Below are positions 9,371 to 20,200 of a DNA stretch of 64,000 nucleotides, one piece after another (position 1 is the stretch's first letter; the number at the start of each line of letters is the position of its first letter). Where the stretch lies: positions 1,881 through 65,880 of the forward strand of contig MHTL01000014.1 in assembly GCA_001823095.1 (NCBI GenBank), in the 5' to 3' direction. The translations under genes were made by a program, and so were the position numbers. The notes beneath the pieces were generated by a model. That model ran no database searches. It was not told where the DNA came from and worked only from the letters and a program-made list of their open reading frames with translations. The stretch is from Candidatus Vogelbacteria bacterium RIFOXYD1_FULL_51_18. GTDB lineage: Bacteria; Patescibacteriota; Minisyncoccia; Phycocordibacterales; UBA9988.

Positions 9371-9642
9371 AAACAGAAAGCTTCCAAAATGATCGGCCGA
9401 GTGAGCGGGCGTTGCGCGACTTGGACATCTACTTGGCGCATCATGGCACAGTGTCGCGCCATAGGCAGGCATGCATTGATTGCGGCGCTCTCTTGAATCA
9501 CTACAACTCTGGGCCGCGGTGCCTCCCTTGTGAGAGAGAAGAGGAGAAACGGCAATTAGAGCGCAGGCTCAAACGTTTCCACCCGCTGGATTTGGGGAGA
9601 GTTCGCAACCGGCACCGGCTCTTTAGCCACTTTGCCAAATAG
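9367..9642 (+). CDS. hypothetical zinc-ribbon protein (CxxC-x13-CxxC)
   Basis: CIDCGALLNHYNSGPRCLPC; 4-nt overlap with the upstream ORF; sits upstream of rpmF, where YceD/DUF177 often lies. Confidence 0.4.
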   Translation: MKTESFQNDRPSERALRDLDIYLAHHGTVSRHRQACIDCGALLNHYNSGPRCLPCEREEEKRQLERRLKRFHPLDLGRVRNRHRLFSHFAK

Positions 9643-9729
9643 TTCACCCATCCTCTGCTGTGGCTTTTGCCTCGACTTACCATCGGGGCTTTTTTTCTTT
9701 ACTTTTCCTCTCCTCCCGTGTATAGTAGG

Positions 9730-9963
9730 CGGATGTCAGTACGCATGCGCCATACTCGCGCCCATACGGCAAACCGCAGATCACATCATGCGATAGAGGG
9801 TGTCCGTCTGTCCACGTGTCTCAAATGCGGCGCTTTGCATGTGCGCCACCGCGTGTGCCTCAACTGCGGGAGCTACCGCGGACGCGAGGTGCTCAATGTG
9901 CTTGCCAAGGTGGAAAAGCGGCAGGAACGCATGCGCAAGCGCGAGGCAGCCGCATCGAAGTAA
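9730..9963 (+). CDS. rpmF: 50S ribosomal protein L32
   Basis: [20 protein letters not shown]... plus a CLKCG...CLNCG zinc ribbon, classic bL32. Confidence 0.85.
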   Translation, partial: RMSVRMRHTRAHTANRRSHHAIEGVRLSTCLKCGALHVRHRVCLNCGSYRGREVLNVLAKVEKRQERMRKREAAASK

Positions 9964-10001
9964 GCTTTTTTTGTAAATTAGGCGGTAGGTTCTTTGTATC
10001 T

Positions 10002-10931
10002 ATGGCAAATCGGCACCTTTCACGCAGTATAGCGCTCCAATCACTCTTTGAGTGGGATTTCATGAGCGAAACCGCCACGATAACGGATAGTTACGGCGGG
10101 CTCGCCGCTTCTATTGAAGCAAATATTGCCGAATTTGCTCCCGGTTTGGAGGATGCCCGTTTTACAAAATCTCTTGCTGCTGGTGTGGTAGAGTATCGCG
10201 AGAAGCTGGATACTGTTATTGAAAAATTTGCTCCAGACTGGCCGATTGACCAGATTTCCATAGTAGACCGCAATGTCCTGCGTCTCGGACTCTTTGAGCT
10301 CCTCTTTGGCGACACAAAAGAGGTCCCCGCCAAAGTTGCTATCAACGAGGCCATTGAACTTGCCAAGATGTTCGGCGGCGAGTCTAGCGGCAAGTTCGTC
10401 AACGGCGTGCTCGGCTCGGTATATCGCGAGATGGGTGAGCCGGGCAAGGACGACGTCCCCGCCAAGAAGCGCCGCGTTAAGGAGAGGGATATAGATCCTA
10501 AGGATCTCCCCATAGAGAAGCTTGGCGGCGCTGTGGTATACTCGCGCGAGCGCGGCACCATCCGTCTTGCGCTCGTCCACGACGTGTTTGGCTACTGGAC
10601 GCTTTCAAAGGGGCATATTGAGGAGGGCGAGAATGCGGAGGAGGGGACGATACGCGAAATCCACGAGGAGCTCTCGCTCCCCATCACCATTGTTGGCGCA
10701 CTGGGCGGTAACGAATATATTGCCTCCCATCCGGAGAAGGGTAAGATACGCAAGCAGGTGGACTACTTTTTGGGAGAGACCAAGGACAGGGGTAAGCTCA
10801 AGCTCACCAAGGAAGGAGGGCTTGACCAAGCGGCGTGGTTTACGCTTGAAGAACTCGGCGATCTGCGCATCTATGACGACATCATCCCCATTATTACCAA
10901 AGGCATTCAAATAATACTTGCAAAACCATGA
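10002..10931 (+). CDS. nusB: NusB antitermination factor fused to a C-terminal NUDIX hydrolase domain
   Basis: N-terminal NusB (RSIALQSLFEWDF...VDRNVLRLGLFELLF...KFVNGVLG), a Lys/Arg/Asp-rich linker, then a Nudix box GHIEEGENAEEGTIREIHEELSL. Confidence 0.8.
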   Translation: MANRHLSRSIALQSLFEWDFMSETATITDSYGGLAASIEANIAEFAPGLEDARFTKSLAAGVVEYREKLDTVIEKFAPDWPIDQISIVDRNVLRLGLFELLFGDTKEVPAKVAINEAIELAKMFGGESSGKFVNGVLGSVYREMGEPGKDDVPAKKRRVKERDIDPKDLPIEKLGGAVVYSRERGTIRLALVHDVFGYWTLSKGHIEEGENAEEGTIREIHEELSLPITIVGALGGNEYIASHPEKGKIRKQVDYFLGETKDRGKLKLTKEGGLDQAAWFTLEELGDLRIYDDIIPIITKGIQIILAKP

Positions 10932-11629
10932 GCACGGACTTTTCTCCCTTTGAAGCGCGGATCGGCGTGCGATTTAGAGATCGGGCTCTGCTGGAGCAGG
11001 CCTTCATACATCGCTCATACCTTAATGAAAATCCTAACATAACTCTTGGCCATAACGAGCGGCTGGAGTTTCTCGGCGATGCGGTGCTGGAGCTGGCGGT
11101 AACCGACTATCTCTACCGTAGCTACCCAAAAGAGGACGAGGGGACATTGACTGCATACCGTTCCGCACTTGTTAATGCAGTGACTATCGGTACTGTGGCG
11201 CAGGAGCTCGGTATGAACGAGCATCTCTTGCTCTCGCGCGGGGAGGCAAAAGATGAGGGGCGCGCGCGGCAGGTCATCCTTGCCAACACCTACGAGGCGG
11301 TAGTTGGCGCACTTTATCTTGACCAGGGCTACGCGTGCGCGCGGGACTTTATTACGGCACATCTCATCCCGCGCATGGACGGCATCCTTGCCGAGAATCT
11401 CTGGCTGGATGCGAAGAGTTTTTTCCAGGAAAAAGCGCAGGAGAAGGAGGGCGTTACTCCCTCTTACAACGTTCTCGCGGAATCCGGGCCCGACCACAAC
11501 AAAAAATTTACCGTTGGCGTCTACATCGGGAGCGAGCAGGTGGCGCAGGGCAACGGCCATTCCAAGCAGGAGGCCGAACAAGATGCCGCGCGCAAGGCCC
11601 TTGCCGAGAAACGTTGGAATGTCCGCTAG
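10928..11629 (+). CDS. rnc: ribonuclease III
   Basis: HRSYLNE...NERLEFLGDAVLELAV RNase III signature plus a C-terminal dsRBD; ATGA overlap with nusB-nudix. Confidence 0.9.
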   Translation: MSTDFSPFEARIGVRFRDRALLEQAFIHRSYLNENPNITLGHNERLEFLGDAVLELAVTDYLYRSYPKEDEGTLTAYRSALVNAVTIGTVAQELGMNEHLLLSRGEAKDEGRARQVILANTYEAVVGALYLDQGYACARDFITAHLIPRMDGILAENLWLDAKSFFQEKAQEKEGVTPSYNVLAESGPDHNKKFTVGVYIGSEQVAQGNGHSKQEAEQDAARKALAEKRWNVR

Positions 11630-11644
11630 TGTTATAATAATTCC

Positions 11645-13837
11645 GTGCGGTTAAAAAATATTGAGCTTTCCGGTTTTAAGTCATTTGCAAAAAAGACGCT
11701 ACTTACTTTTGACGCGCCCATTACCGCTATCGTCGGCCCCAACGGTTCGGGGAAGAGCAATATTGCGGAGGCCTTCCGCTGGGTCTTGGGCGAACAGTCG
11801 CTTAAAATACTGCGCGGTAAACGCGGCGAGGACCTGATTTTCAACGGCTCCGGCTCTGCGCCGCGGATGAGCCGGGCGTCGGTGACACTCACCTTTGACA
11901 ACAGCGGCAGGAGCTTGCCGCTCTCATTTAACGAGGTTTCCATCTCGCGCGAGGTGCACACCGACGGCGCCAGTGAGTATCTCCTCAACCGCTCCAAGGT
12001 GCGCCTCAAGGACATTGTAGAGCTCCTTGCCTCGGTGGGGCTCGGAAGCACGGGCCACCACATCATCTCGCAGGGCGAGGCTGACCGAATATTGCGCGCA
12101 CGCCCGCGTGAGCGCGAGGCCATGATTGAAGAGGCGCTCTCGCTTACGGTCTATCATCTCAAAATTGCCGAGAGCGAGCGCAAGCTCCAAAAAACACAGG
12201 AGAACCTGCGCCAGGTTGAGGCATTGCGAAAGGAAATTGCGCCGCACCTCAAGTTTTTGGGCAAGCAAATGGAGAAGATGCGCCAGGCGGAAAGCCTGCG
12301 AGATGAGCTCACGGCTCTCTATCGCGACTACCTTGCCCGCGAGGAATCCTACCTGCGGAGAACCGCACAGGAGCTTGCGGCGGCACGTACAGTACCTGCG
12401 CAGGAGCTCCGCGACATTGAAGCGCGCCTGAAAAATGCCGAAACACTCCTCTCACGGGGAGGTCCGGCAGAGAGCGACGACGAATGGACTTTCACACGCT
12501 TGCGCAGAGAGCTTGGAGAGACGGGGAATGAGCGCGCAGAACTTACCCGCAAACTTGGGAGAGTTGAGGGCATGATAGAGGTGAGGAGCGAGAGCGAGGG
12601 AACAGAGGCAGACGCCGCATCTATACCGCTCGCGGACGTCCGTACGCTCGTAGAGGACATTGAGGCGCTCATCGCGGGCAGTGAACAGAAAAGCGATTTT
12701 ACATCCATCAAGGCGGCGCTTACCGCTATTAGGGAAGAGGTAAGAATTTTTATCGGGCAATTTGCAGGGAGCATAAAGAGCAGCAAGGCAAGCACACTCT
12801 CGGGACTTACGCGCGAGAAGGAGATCATGGAGCGCGCGCTCGGCGCCGTGCTCGCTCGAGAGGAAGGACTGCGCGCGGAAGCCGATACCGTGCGTGCGCG
12901 CATTGCGGAGGCGGAAAGTCTTTCGCGCGAAAAGGAGCGGGAGACCTATGAGCTGAAGGCCGCGCGCAGCGCGCGCACGCAGGAACTCGAGTCGCTTGAC
13001 CTTAAGCGTTCCACGTTTGAAATCAGCGAGCGTGACTTCAAGGAGATGCTCGCAGAGGCGCGGGTTTTGATTGGACGGGAGGCGCTCAACTATAGTTCTG
13101 AACATTTGAATCTTGATACCGAGACGCGTGCCGCACAGGAAGCGCGGCACAAGCAGATTGACCGGCTCAAGTTCAAGTTGGAAGACCTTGGCGCCGGAGG
13201 CGACGACATCGTGAAGGAGTACCGAGAGGTGAGCGAGCGTGACAGCTTTCTCTCGCGCGAGCTTGAGGACCTTTCTGCGAGCGAGCAATCCCTCCATCAG
13301 GTGCTCCGGGAGCTTGAGGAGATTCTGGAGCGCGAGTTCCATGAGGGGATTGAGAAGATTAATGCCGAATTCCAAAAGTTTTTTGAGTTGATGTTCGGCG
13401 GCGGCACGGCGTCTATTTTTGTCATTAAAGCAAAGCGGCGCGCTCGGGGAGAGGAGGAAATTTTGGAGGAAGGGCAGGAGGAGACGGGCATAGACATATC
13501 GGTCTCACTCCCTCGCAAAAAACTCCGCGGCATTCATATGCTCTCCGGAGGCGAGCGGGCGCTTACCTCCATCGCACTTTTGTTTGCTATCTCACAGGTT
13601 AACCCGCCGCCCTTCCTCATCCTTGACGAGACGGATGCCGCTTTGGATGAGGCAAACTCGCGCCGCTACGGCGACATGATAGAGAACCTTTCGCACTACT
13701 CCCAGCTCATTGTGATTACCCACAACCGTGAGACCATGAGCCGCGCGGGCATTCTCTACGGCGTTACCATGAACGCCGACTCAATCTCAAAACTCCTCTC
13801 CATCCGCTTTGATGAGGCAGTAGATATTACAAAATAG
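11645..13837 (+). CDS. smc: SMC-family chromosome segregation ATPase (short, about 730 aa, GTG start)
   Basis: N-terminal Walker A GPNGSGKSNI, long coiled coil, and C-terminal LSGGERALTSIALLFAI...ILDETDAALD signature/Walker B. Confidence 0.85.
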   Translation: MRLKNIELSGFKSFAKKTLLTFDAPITAIVGPNGSGKSNIAEAFRWVLGEQSLKILRGKRGEDLIFNGSGSAPRMSRASVTLTFDNSGRSLPLSFNEVSISREVHTDGASEYLLNRSKVRLKDIVELLASVGLGSTGHHIISQGEADRILRARPREREAMIEEALSLTVYHLKIAESERKLQKTQENLRQVEALRKEIAPHLKFLGKQMEKMRQAESLRDELTALYRDYLAREESYLRRTAQELAAARTVPAQELRDIEARLKNAETLLSRGGPAESDDEWTFTRLRRELGETGNERAELTRKLGRVEGMIEVRSESEGTEADAASIPLADVRTLVEDIEALIAGSEQKSDFTSIKAALTAIREEVRIFIGQFAGSIKSSKASTLSGLTREKEIMERALGAVLAREEGLRAEADTVRARIAEAESLSREKERETYELKAARSARTQELESLDLKRSTFEISERDFKEMLAEARVLIGREALNYSSEHLNLDTETRAAQEARHKQIDRLKFKLEDLGAGGDDIVKEYREVSERDSFLSRELEDLSASEQSLHQVLRELEEILEREFHEGIEKINAEFQKFFELMFGGGTASIFVIKAKRRARGEEEILEEGQEETGIDISVSLPRKKLRGIHMLSGGERALTSIALLFAISQVNPPPFLILDETDAALDEANSRRYGDMIENLSHYSQLIVITHNRETMSRAGILYGVTMNADSISKLLSIRFDEAVDITK

Positions 13838-13874
13838 GCCTTAATGACGGAAGTGAGACTTCCGTCATTAAGGC
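13838..13874. terminator. bidirectional hairpin (17-bp perfect stem, GAG loop) between convergent smc and rnr
   Basis: gccttaatgacggaagt-gag-acttccgtcattaaggc; the rnr stop lies within the stem. Confidence 0.6.
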
Positions 13875-15439
13875 ACCAATTCGTAGTCAATCTGATTTTT
13901 GCCGGTATCAACGCGGCAGACGCGGATGCTCACCGTATCGCCGAGGCGGTAAGCGCGCTTGCTGTGCTCGCCGACGAGGAGCATGCTCTGCTCGTTGAAT
14001 ACGTAATAGTCGTCAGGGAGCTTGGTAACGTGTATGAGCCCGTCAGCGCCGGTACTCTCCTCTCGCACAAAGACGCCAAAGTTAGTCACGCCGGTAATAA
14101 TCCCGTTACTCTCCATGCCGATGTGCTCCGCGAGATACTCAACCTGCTTGGCCTTGAGCGAGTCACGTTCGGCCTCCGCGGCAAAGACCTCACGCTCGGT
14201 AGCATGCAGAGCCGCCCTGTCGCAGTGCTGCAGGAGTTTGGCGGATACGCGGCGTCCCTTGAGGTACTCGGTGAGGAGGCGATGCACAAGTAGGTCCGGG
14301 TAGCGACGGATGGGAGAGGTAAAGTGCGTGTAGTGCTTGAAGGCGAGTCCAAAGTGCCCGATATTTTTCATCGAGTAAATTGCCTTTGCCATGGCGCGTA
14401 GCGTCGCAGAGTGCACAAAGTATTGCTGTGGCGTTCCCAGCACCTCGATGAGGAGTCGGTTGAGCTCGGCAGGATTTACCTGCTTGCCCCGTAAAATTGA
14501 ATAGCCCATGGGTCTTGCGTAAAGGTCCAGAAAGGCGATTTTCTCCGTGTCAGGAACATCATGGATGCGGTACACAAAAGCGCCGGGTTTGTTCTGCGCC
14601 GCGCGGGAGGCAAACTCCGCCACGCGGCGGTTGGCGAGGAGCATGAGGTCCTCAATAAGCTGGTGGCTCTCGCTGTGGGGTACGACATAAAATGAAAGGG
14701 GCTTGCCATCGGCATCCAATTCACAGCGCAGTTCGGTATCGTGGATGGCAATCGCTCCCGCGTCGAACTTTTTTTTCCGCAGGGCTCTCGTGATACGCGC
14801 GAGTGTGCCAAGCATCTCGCCCCATGGTCCACCATTTCCATCCATGATCTCCTGTGCTTCTTCATAGGTGAGCCGCGCGGCAGAGCGGATAATACTCCTG
14901 CCAAACCATTCCTTGGTGATACTGCCGTCCTTGCTGGTTTCAAACACCGCCGAGTAGCAGAGCCGTTCCTTGTGCGGCAGGAGCGAGCAGAGTGTATTAG
15001 AGAGCGCCTCGGGGAGCATGGGGATGACACGGTCAACGAGGTAGATAGAAGTTGCACGCTTGTGCGCCTCTTTATCCAAGGCGCTCTCGGGGCTGACAAA
15101 GAAGGATACGTCGGCGATGTGTATTCCCACTTCATGTGTGCCATCGGGAAGTGCGCGCAGTGATATGGCGTCGTCAAAATCTTTGGCGCTTTTAGGATCA
15201 ATCGTGATGGTCGGCACATTGCGAAAGTCGCGACGTCCGCCTGCGGCGGACTCGCGCTCCATAATTTCCGCCTCCCTTGCAAGGAGGGCTTGTGCCTCCC
15301 TCTCTGCCTCATGCGGAAAAGCCCCCGGGAGAGGGGGTCGCACGCGCACTTTTGTGCGCACCGAAGCGCCCTTTTTGACCATATACATTATCATAGCACA
15401 TCTGCCGGGCCTGCCTGCCGGTAGGCGGGCCGGATACAA
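13868..15439 (-). CDS. rnr: RNase R / RNase II family 3'-5' exoribonuclease (RNB + S1; lacks N-terminal cold-shock domains); true start may be a few codons downstream
   Basis: RNB motif IDPKSAKDFDDAISL near the N-terminus; C-terminal S1-like domain. Confidence 0.85.
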   Translation of the reverse strand: MYPARLPAGRPGRCAMIMYMVKKGASVRTKVRVRPPLPGAFPHEAEREAQALLAREAEIMERESAAGGRRDFRNVPTITIDPKSAKDFDDAISLRALPDGTHEVGIHIADVSFFVSPESALDKEAHKRATSIYLVDRVIPMLPEALSNTLCSLLPHKERLCYSAVFETSKDGSITKEWFGRSIIRSAARLTYEEAQEIMDGNGGPWGEMLGTLARITRALRKKKFDAGAIAIHDTELRCELDADGKPLSFYVVPHSESHQLIEDLMLLANRRVAEFASRAAQNKPGAFVYRIHDVPDTEKIAFLDLYARPMGYSILRGKQVNPAELNRLLIEVLGTPQQYFVHSATLRAMAKAIYSMKNIGHFGLAFKHYTHFTSPIRRYPDLLVHRLLTEYLKGRRVSAKLLQHCDRAALHATEREVFAAEAERDSLKAKQVEYLAEHIGMESNGIITGVTNFGVFVREESTGADGLIHVTKLPDDYYVFNEQSMLLVGEHSKRAYRLGDTVSIRVCRVDTGKNQIDYELVP

Positions 15440-15485
15440 GTATTTGACGTATGCGCCTTATCTGATATAGTTACCCCGTATATCT

Positions 15486-15848
15486 ATGCTAAAAATCAGA
15501 TTACAGCGGGTTGGACGCAAGAATGACCCCTCATTCCGCATTGTGGTTGCAGAACACACGACTGCCGCTAAGAAGCCGGGTTCATTTCTTGAAGTGCTGG
15601 GGAATTACGACCCGCGTCGGGATACGCGCACTATAAATGCCGCGCGCGTAAAGCACTGGATGGAGCGTGGTGCACAGGTCTCTGGCACAGTGCACAACCT
15701 CCTTATTACAGAAAAGATTATCAGCGGAGAGAAGCGCAATGTGCTCCCGCGCAAAACCGTGCCCACAAAACAGGAAGAGCCAAATGCAGGAGAGCCTAAA
15801 GAGGCTGAAGTAAGAGAAGAGACGCTTGTAGCAAAAGAGGCCGCGTAG
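15486..15848 (+). CDS. rpsP: 30S ribosomal protein S16 with C-terminal extension
   Basis: MLKIRLQRVGRKNDPSFRIVVAE bS16 signature. Confidence 0.9.
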   Translation: MLKIRLQRVGRKNDPSFRIVVAEHTTAAKKPGSFLEVLGNYDPRRDTRTINAARVKHWMERGAQVSGTVHNLLITEKIISGEKRNVLPRKTVPTKQEEPNAGEPKEAEVREETLVAKEAA

Positions 15849-15882
15849 TATACTAGGTGCATTAACAGTTTACCTTTAGCGT

Positions 15883-16203
15883 ATGTCAGAGCATTCTGAT
15901 CAGGACTTTCTTGAAAGTGTTATTAATGCCCTTGTAGACAATCCGAGTGATGTGAAGATTGGGAGGACGGTGGATGAGATGGGCGTACTGCTCACACTTG
16001 ACCTCAACCCGGCGGATATGGGGAAGGTAATCGGCCGTAGCGGCAACACCGCAAAGGCGATCCGCACACTCCTGCGCGTCGTGGGGATGAAGAACAACGC
16101 GCGCGTCAATTTAAAAATCAATGAGCCGGAAGGCGGCCGCCACTTTGCAGAGAGCGCCGCAAGCAAGTCGGTGGATGAAGCGATGGCGGACTTGAAGTTC
16201 TAA
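15883..16203 (+). CDS. KH-domain RNA-binding protein (YlqC/UPF0109-like)
   Basis: GKVIGRSGNTAKAIRTLL KH-type GxxG motif; conserved position between rpsP and trmD. Confidence 0.8.
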   Translation: MSEHSDQDFLESVINALVDNPSDVKIGRTVDEMGVLLTLDLNPADMGKVIGRSGNTAKAIRTLLRVVGMKNNARVNLKINEPEGGRHFAESAASKSVDEAMADLKF

Positions 16204-16206
16204 GGC

Positions 16207-16851
16207 GTGCTGAAGTTTTTGATCATCACCATTTTTCCCGAGAGCCTGGAATCCTACCTCGCATCTTCAATGATATTGCGTGCTGTGGCACGCAATATCA
16301 TTTCTGCACAAGCGATTAACCCGCGCGATTTTACTGACGACCCGCACCGGAAAGCAGACGACAAGCCCTACGGCGGCGGGCCGGGGATGGTGATGAAGGC
16401 GCTACCCATCATAAGGGCAGTGAGCGCGCTCAAATTGAAGAAGGGCGGAAAGAGAAAAATTCTCATTATGTCTCCACGGGGCAGACAGTTTACGCAGACG
16501 GAAGCAAAAAAATTTGCAAAAAAGTACGATGAGCTGGTGCTCATTGCCGGGCACTACGAGGGCATTGATGCGCGGGTGAAAAAAATATTAAAAGCAGAAG
16601 AAGTCTCGGTGGGACCTTACACACTCACCGGCGGGGAGCTACCCGCGCTCATCATTATTGATGCGGTCTCGCGGCATGTACCCGGCGTTTTAGGCAAGGT
16701 GGAGTCTCTGGAAGAGGGGAGGGCGACGAGCGGCGAGACCTACACTCGCCCCGAGCTCATCACCGTCAAAGGCAAAAAGTTCCGCGTCCCCGCAGTCCTC
16801 CTCTCCGGCCACCAAAAAAATATACACTCCTATCGCTCCACACAATCTTAA
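16207..16851 (+). CDS. trmD: tRNA (guanine37-N1)-methyltransferase (GTG start)
   Basis: IITIFPE...PYGGGPGMVM TrmD motifs. Confidence 0.9.
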   Translation: MLKFLIITIFPESLESYLASSMILRAVARNIISAQAINPRDFTDDPHRKADDKPYGGGPGMVMKALPIIRAVSALKLKKGGKRKILIMSPRGRQFTQTEAKKFAKKYDELVLIAGHYEGIDARVKKILKAEEVSVGPYTLTGGELPALIIIDAVSRHVPGVLGKVESLEEGRATSGETYTRPELITVKGKKFRVPAVLLSGHQKNIHSYRSTQS

Positions 16852-16880
16852 TTGTCCAACCTCCGATGTTGGACAATTAA
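16848..16880 (+). terminator. hairpin after trmD (13-bp stem ttaattgtccaac / gttggacaattaa)
   Basis: Perfect inverted repeat starting in the trmD stop codon; no strong T-tract. Confidence 0.45.
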
Positions 16881-17262
16881 CGCTCTGTAATAAAGAATTC
16901 ACAGCCGTGAATTAAAGGATAAAACGATAGGTATGGCACACAGTGCAAGAAGAGACGCCATCGGCATCGGTGCAGACGTGGTCAACAAACTGGCTGGTTT
17001 GCAAATTGACCTCTTGCAAAAAATTCGGCAGGGTCATATCACCAACGAACATCTTGAGTGGTTTAACGGTCTCACTTTATGGCTGACAGTTTTTCTTTTT
17101 GAGCCGCTTGACAGGATTGAGGGACCCGTATATACTCGGGAGTACGTTTAGCTGCGATTGAGTTACGATACCCGCTAACACAATTACTAGCTAGTCTCCA
17201 ATAGTAAACCTTTGAACGGGTAACTATTTCTTTGGGCATATTTTTGCACCCGCTCTTTTTCT

Positions 17263-20200
17263 ATGAAACTCACTAAAAAGTATTTTTCAAAGTACACCAA
17301 GCCCCTGGCCGAGGTCCCTGACCTCGTTGAGCTCCAGCTCAACTCGTTCCGCTGGCTCGTTAAGGAGGGCCTCGCGGAGGTCTTCAAGGAGTTCTCGCCC
17401 ATTAAGGACTACTCGGAAAAGAAGTTTGACCTCACCTTTAAGGATTTTGCCATTGAGGAACCCAAGTACGACGAGCAACACGCCAAGGAGAACAATCTCA
17501 CTTATGAAGCCCCGCTCGTGGCGAGCGTGGTTCTCAAGAGCAAAAATTTTGAGCATGAGCAGAAGATATTTCTCGCCGACTTCCCGCTCATGACTGCGCA
17601 CGGCACCTTCATCATCAACGGCATTGAGCGTGTGGTGGTGCCCCAACTCGCGCGGAGCTTTGGCGTCTTCTTCACCGCAAACGACCTGCGCGGCAAGAAG
17701 CACTTTGGAGCCAAGGTCATTCCCTCGCGCGGCGCGTGGATTGAATTTGAGACCGAACTGGATGGCTGCGTCTACGTGCGCATTGACCGCAAGCGCAAGA
17801 TTCCCGCAACAGCGCTCCTGCGCCTCTTTGGCGATACGGAAGGAAAGGGGAGCACGGAGGCAATCCAAAAGGCCTTTGCACACCTTGAGTCAGAGACGCC
17901 CTACATCAAAAATACCCTAGACAAGGAGGCATTCAACTCTATTGACCAAAGCTTTGTAGAAGTCTATAAACGCCTGCGTGACTCCGACCTCGTCACAATT
18001 CCCGGCGCGCGCGAGTTTATTAAGAACCTCTTTTCGGCGGAGCGCTACGACCTCTCACTTGTCGGCCGCTACCGCCTCAATCAGCGCTTCGGCCTCCCTA
18101 CCAGCGGAGAGGAGGCAGGACGTCGGACGCTCTCTTTTGACGACCTCGTTCGCATCGTGAGCCATATCATTACCTTAAATAGCGCTAAGGGAGCCAAGGA
18201 GGATGACATTGACCATCTGGGACTGCGCCGCGTGCGCCTTGTGGGCGAGATGCTCCAGCAGCGCGTGCGCGTGGGCATGACGCAAATGAAGCGCTACATC
18301 CAAGACAAGATGTCTACTGCCGACCAGGAGACCATGTTCCCCATCCAGCTCATTTCCCCGCGTCCACTGCAGGCACGCATCAAAGAATTTTTCACCACCA
18401 ATCAGCTCTCACAGTTCATGCGGCAGGACAACGTGCTTGCCGAGATTGAGCATCTGCGTACCCTCTCGGCCATGGGTCCCGGCGGACTCACTCGCGAACG
18501 CGCCGGCTTTGAGGTCCGCGACGTGCATACCAGCCACTATGGGCGCCTCTGTCCTATCCATACGCCGGAGGGTCCGAACATCGGGCTTATCCTGCGCCTT
18601 ACCACATATGCGCGCATTAACGACCTTGGTATCATAGAGACTCCCTACCGCCGAGTGCAGAAGGGCGTAGTGACCGACGAGGTCGTCTACCTCAACGCCT
18701 TGGACGAAGAACAGTACAACATTGCCCACGCCAGCGTCCCCTATGACGAGCACATGCGGCTCATTGACGATGAGGTTGAAGTGCGCGCCAAAACTAAGCC
18801 GGGCATGGTTGGGAAGGGAGAGGTCCACTTTATAGACGTTGCACCCAACCAGGCGTACTCGGTGGCTACCTCCATGATTCCCTTCCTTGAACATGATGAC
18901 GCCAACCGGGCGCTCATGGGTTCAAATATGCAAAAGCAGGCGGTACCCTGCGTCAAACCGGAGGCGCCCCACGTGGCCACCGGCATGGAGGAGCTTGCCG
19001 CACGCTTTACCGGGCGCCTCATCTTTTCCGACATTGACGGCGAGGTTGCAGAAGTTGACGGAGAACATATCCTCATTAAGGGGCATGATGGCGGAAAGCG
19101 CGATCACAAGCTGATAACCTTCGGCCGCACCAACGACTTTACCGCTTTCCACCAGCGCCCCGCGGTCTCGCTCCACGATACGGTGAAGAAGGGCGACCTC
19201 CTTGCCGATACCTCCTCATCCGCAGGAGGCCAGATGGCGCTGGGCCAGAACGTCTTTGTCGCTTTCATGACCTGGGAAGGGGCAAACTATGAAGATGCCA
19301 TCGTCATGTCCGAACGGCTCGTGCGCGAAAATATTTTCACCAACATTCATATTGAGGAGTTTGTCTGTAATGTCCGCGACACCAAACTGGGTCCAGAACT
19401 CACCACGCGCGATATTCCTAACGTCGGCGAAGCCAAGCTCAAAAATCTTGATGAGGAGGGCATTGTGCGCATCGGCGCCGAAGTCGGCCCGAACGATATC
19501 CTGGTTGGAAAGATTACCGCAAAGGGCGAGACCGAACTCACGCCCGAGGAACGCCTCCTCCGCTCTATCTTCGGCGAGAAGGTGCGCGATGTGAAGGACA
19601 CATCGTTGCGCATGTCGCACGGCAAGCGCGGCCGCATCATCGGCATTAAAGTCTTTTCCCGCGACAATGGCGACAAGTTGGAAAGCGGTATCATCAAGCA
19701 GGTACATATTGAAGTCGCGCAGGTGCGGAACGTTTCCGTGGGCGACAAGCTTGCCGGACGCCACGGCAACAAGGGTGTCATCGCCAAAATCCTTCCCGTT
19801 GAAGACATGCCCTATACGGAGGACGGCACACCCATTGACGTAGTGCTTACCCCCCTCGGCGTTCCCTCACGCATGAACCTCGGTCAGATATTAGAAATGC
19901 ACTTGGGGCTTGCCGCGCGCATGCTCGGCTACCAGGCAATGACCCCCGTCTTCCAGGGCGCAGACCCGGAGGAAATTAAGGATGAGCTTGAGAAGGCGGG
20001 TTACCCGCGCGACGGGAAGGTGACGCTCTATGATGGACGCACTGGTGTGCCCTTCGAGCAGAAAATTGCCGTGGGTTCCATGTATGTGCTCAAGCTCCAC
20101 CACATGGTTGAGGATAAAATTCACATGCGCTCCATTGGCCCCTACTCGCTCATTACCCAGCAGCCTCTCGGTGGCCGGGCGCAGGGTGGCGGACAGCGCT

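Noticed and set aside
9816-10001. N-terminal 62 codons of the long ORF preceding NusB
   Set aside because: It overlaps rpmF in another frame. NusB homology begins at MANRHLS (10002), which is taken as the start.
16933-17151. 72-aa ORF in the trmD-rpoB intergenic region
   Set aside because: No RBS, no domain, and it lies in a region more likely to hold the rpoB promoter/leader. Left unannotated.
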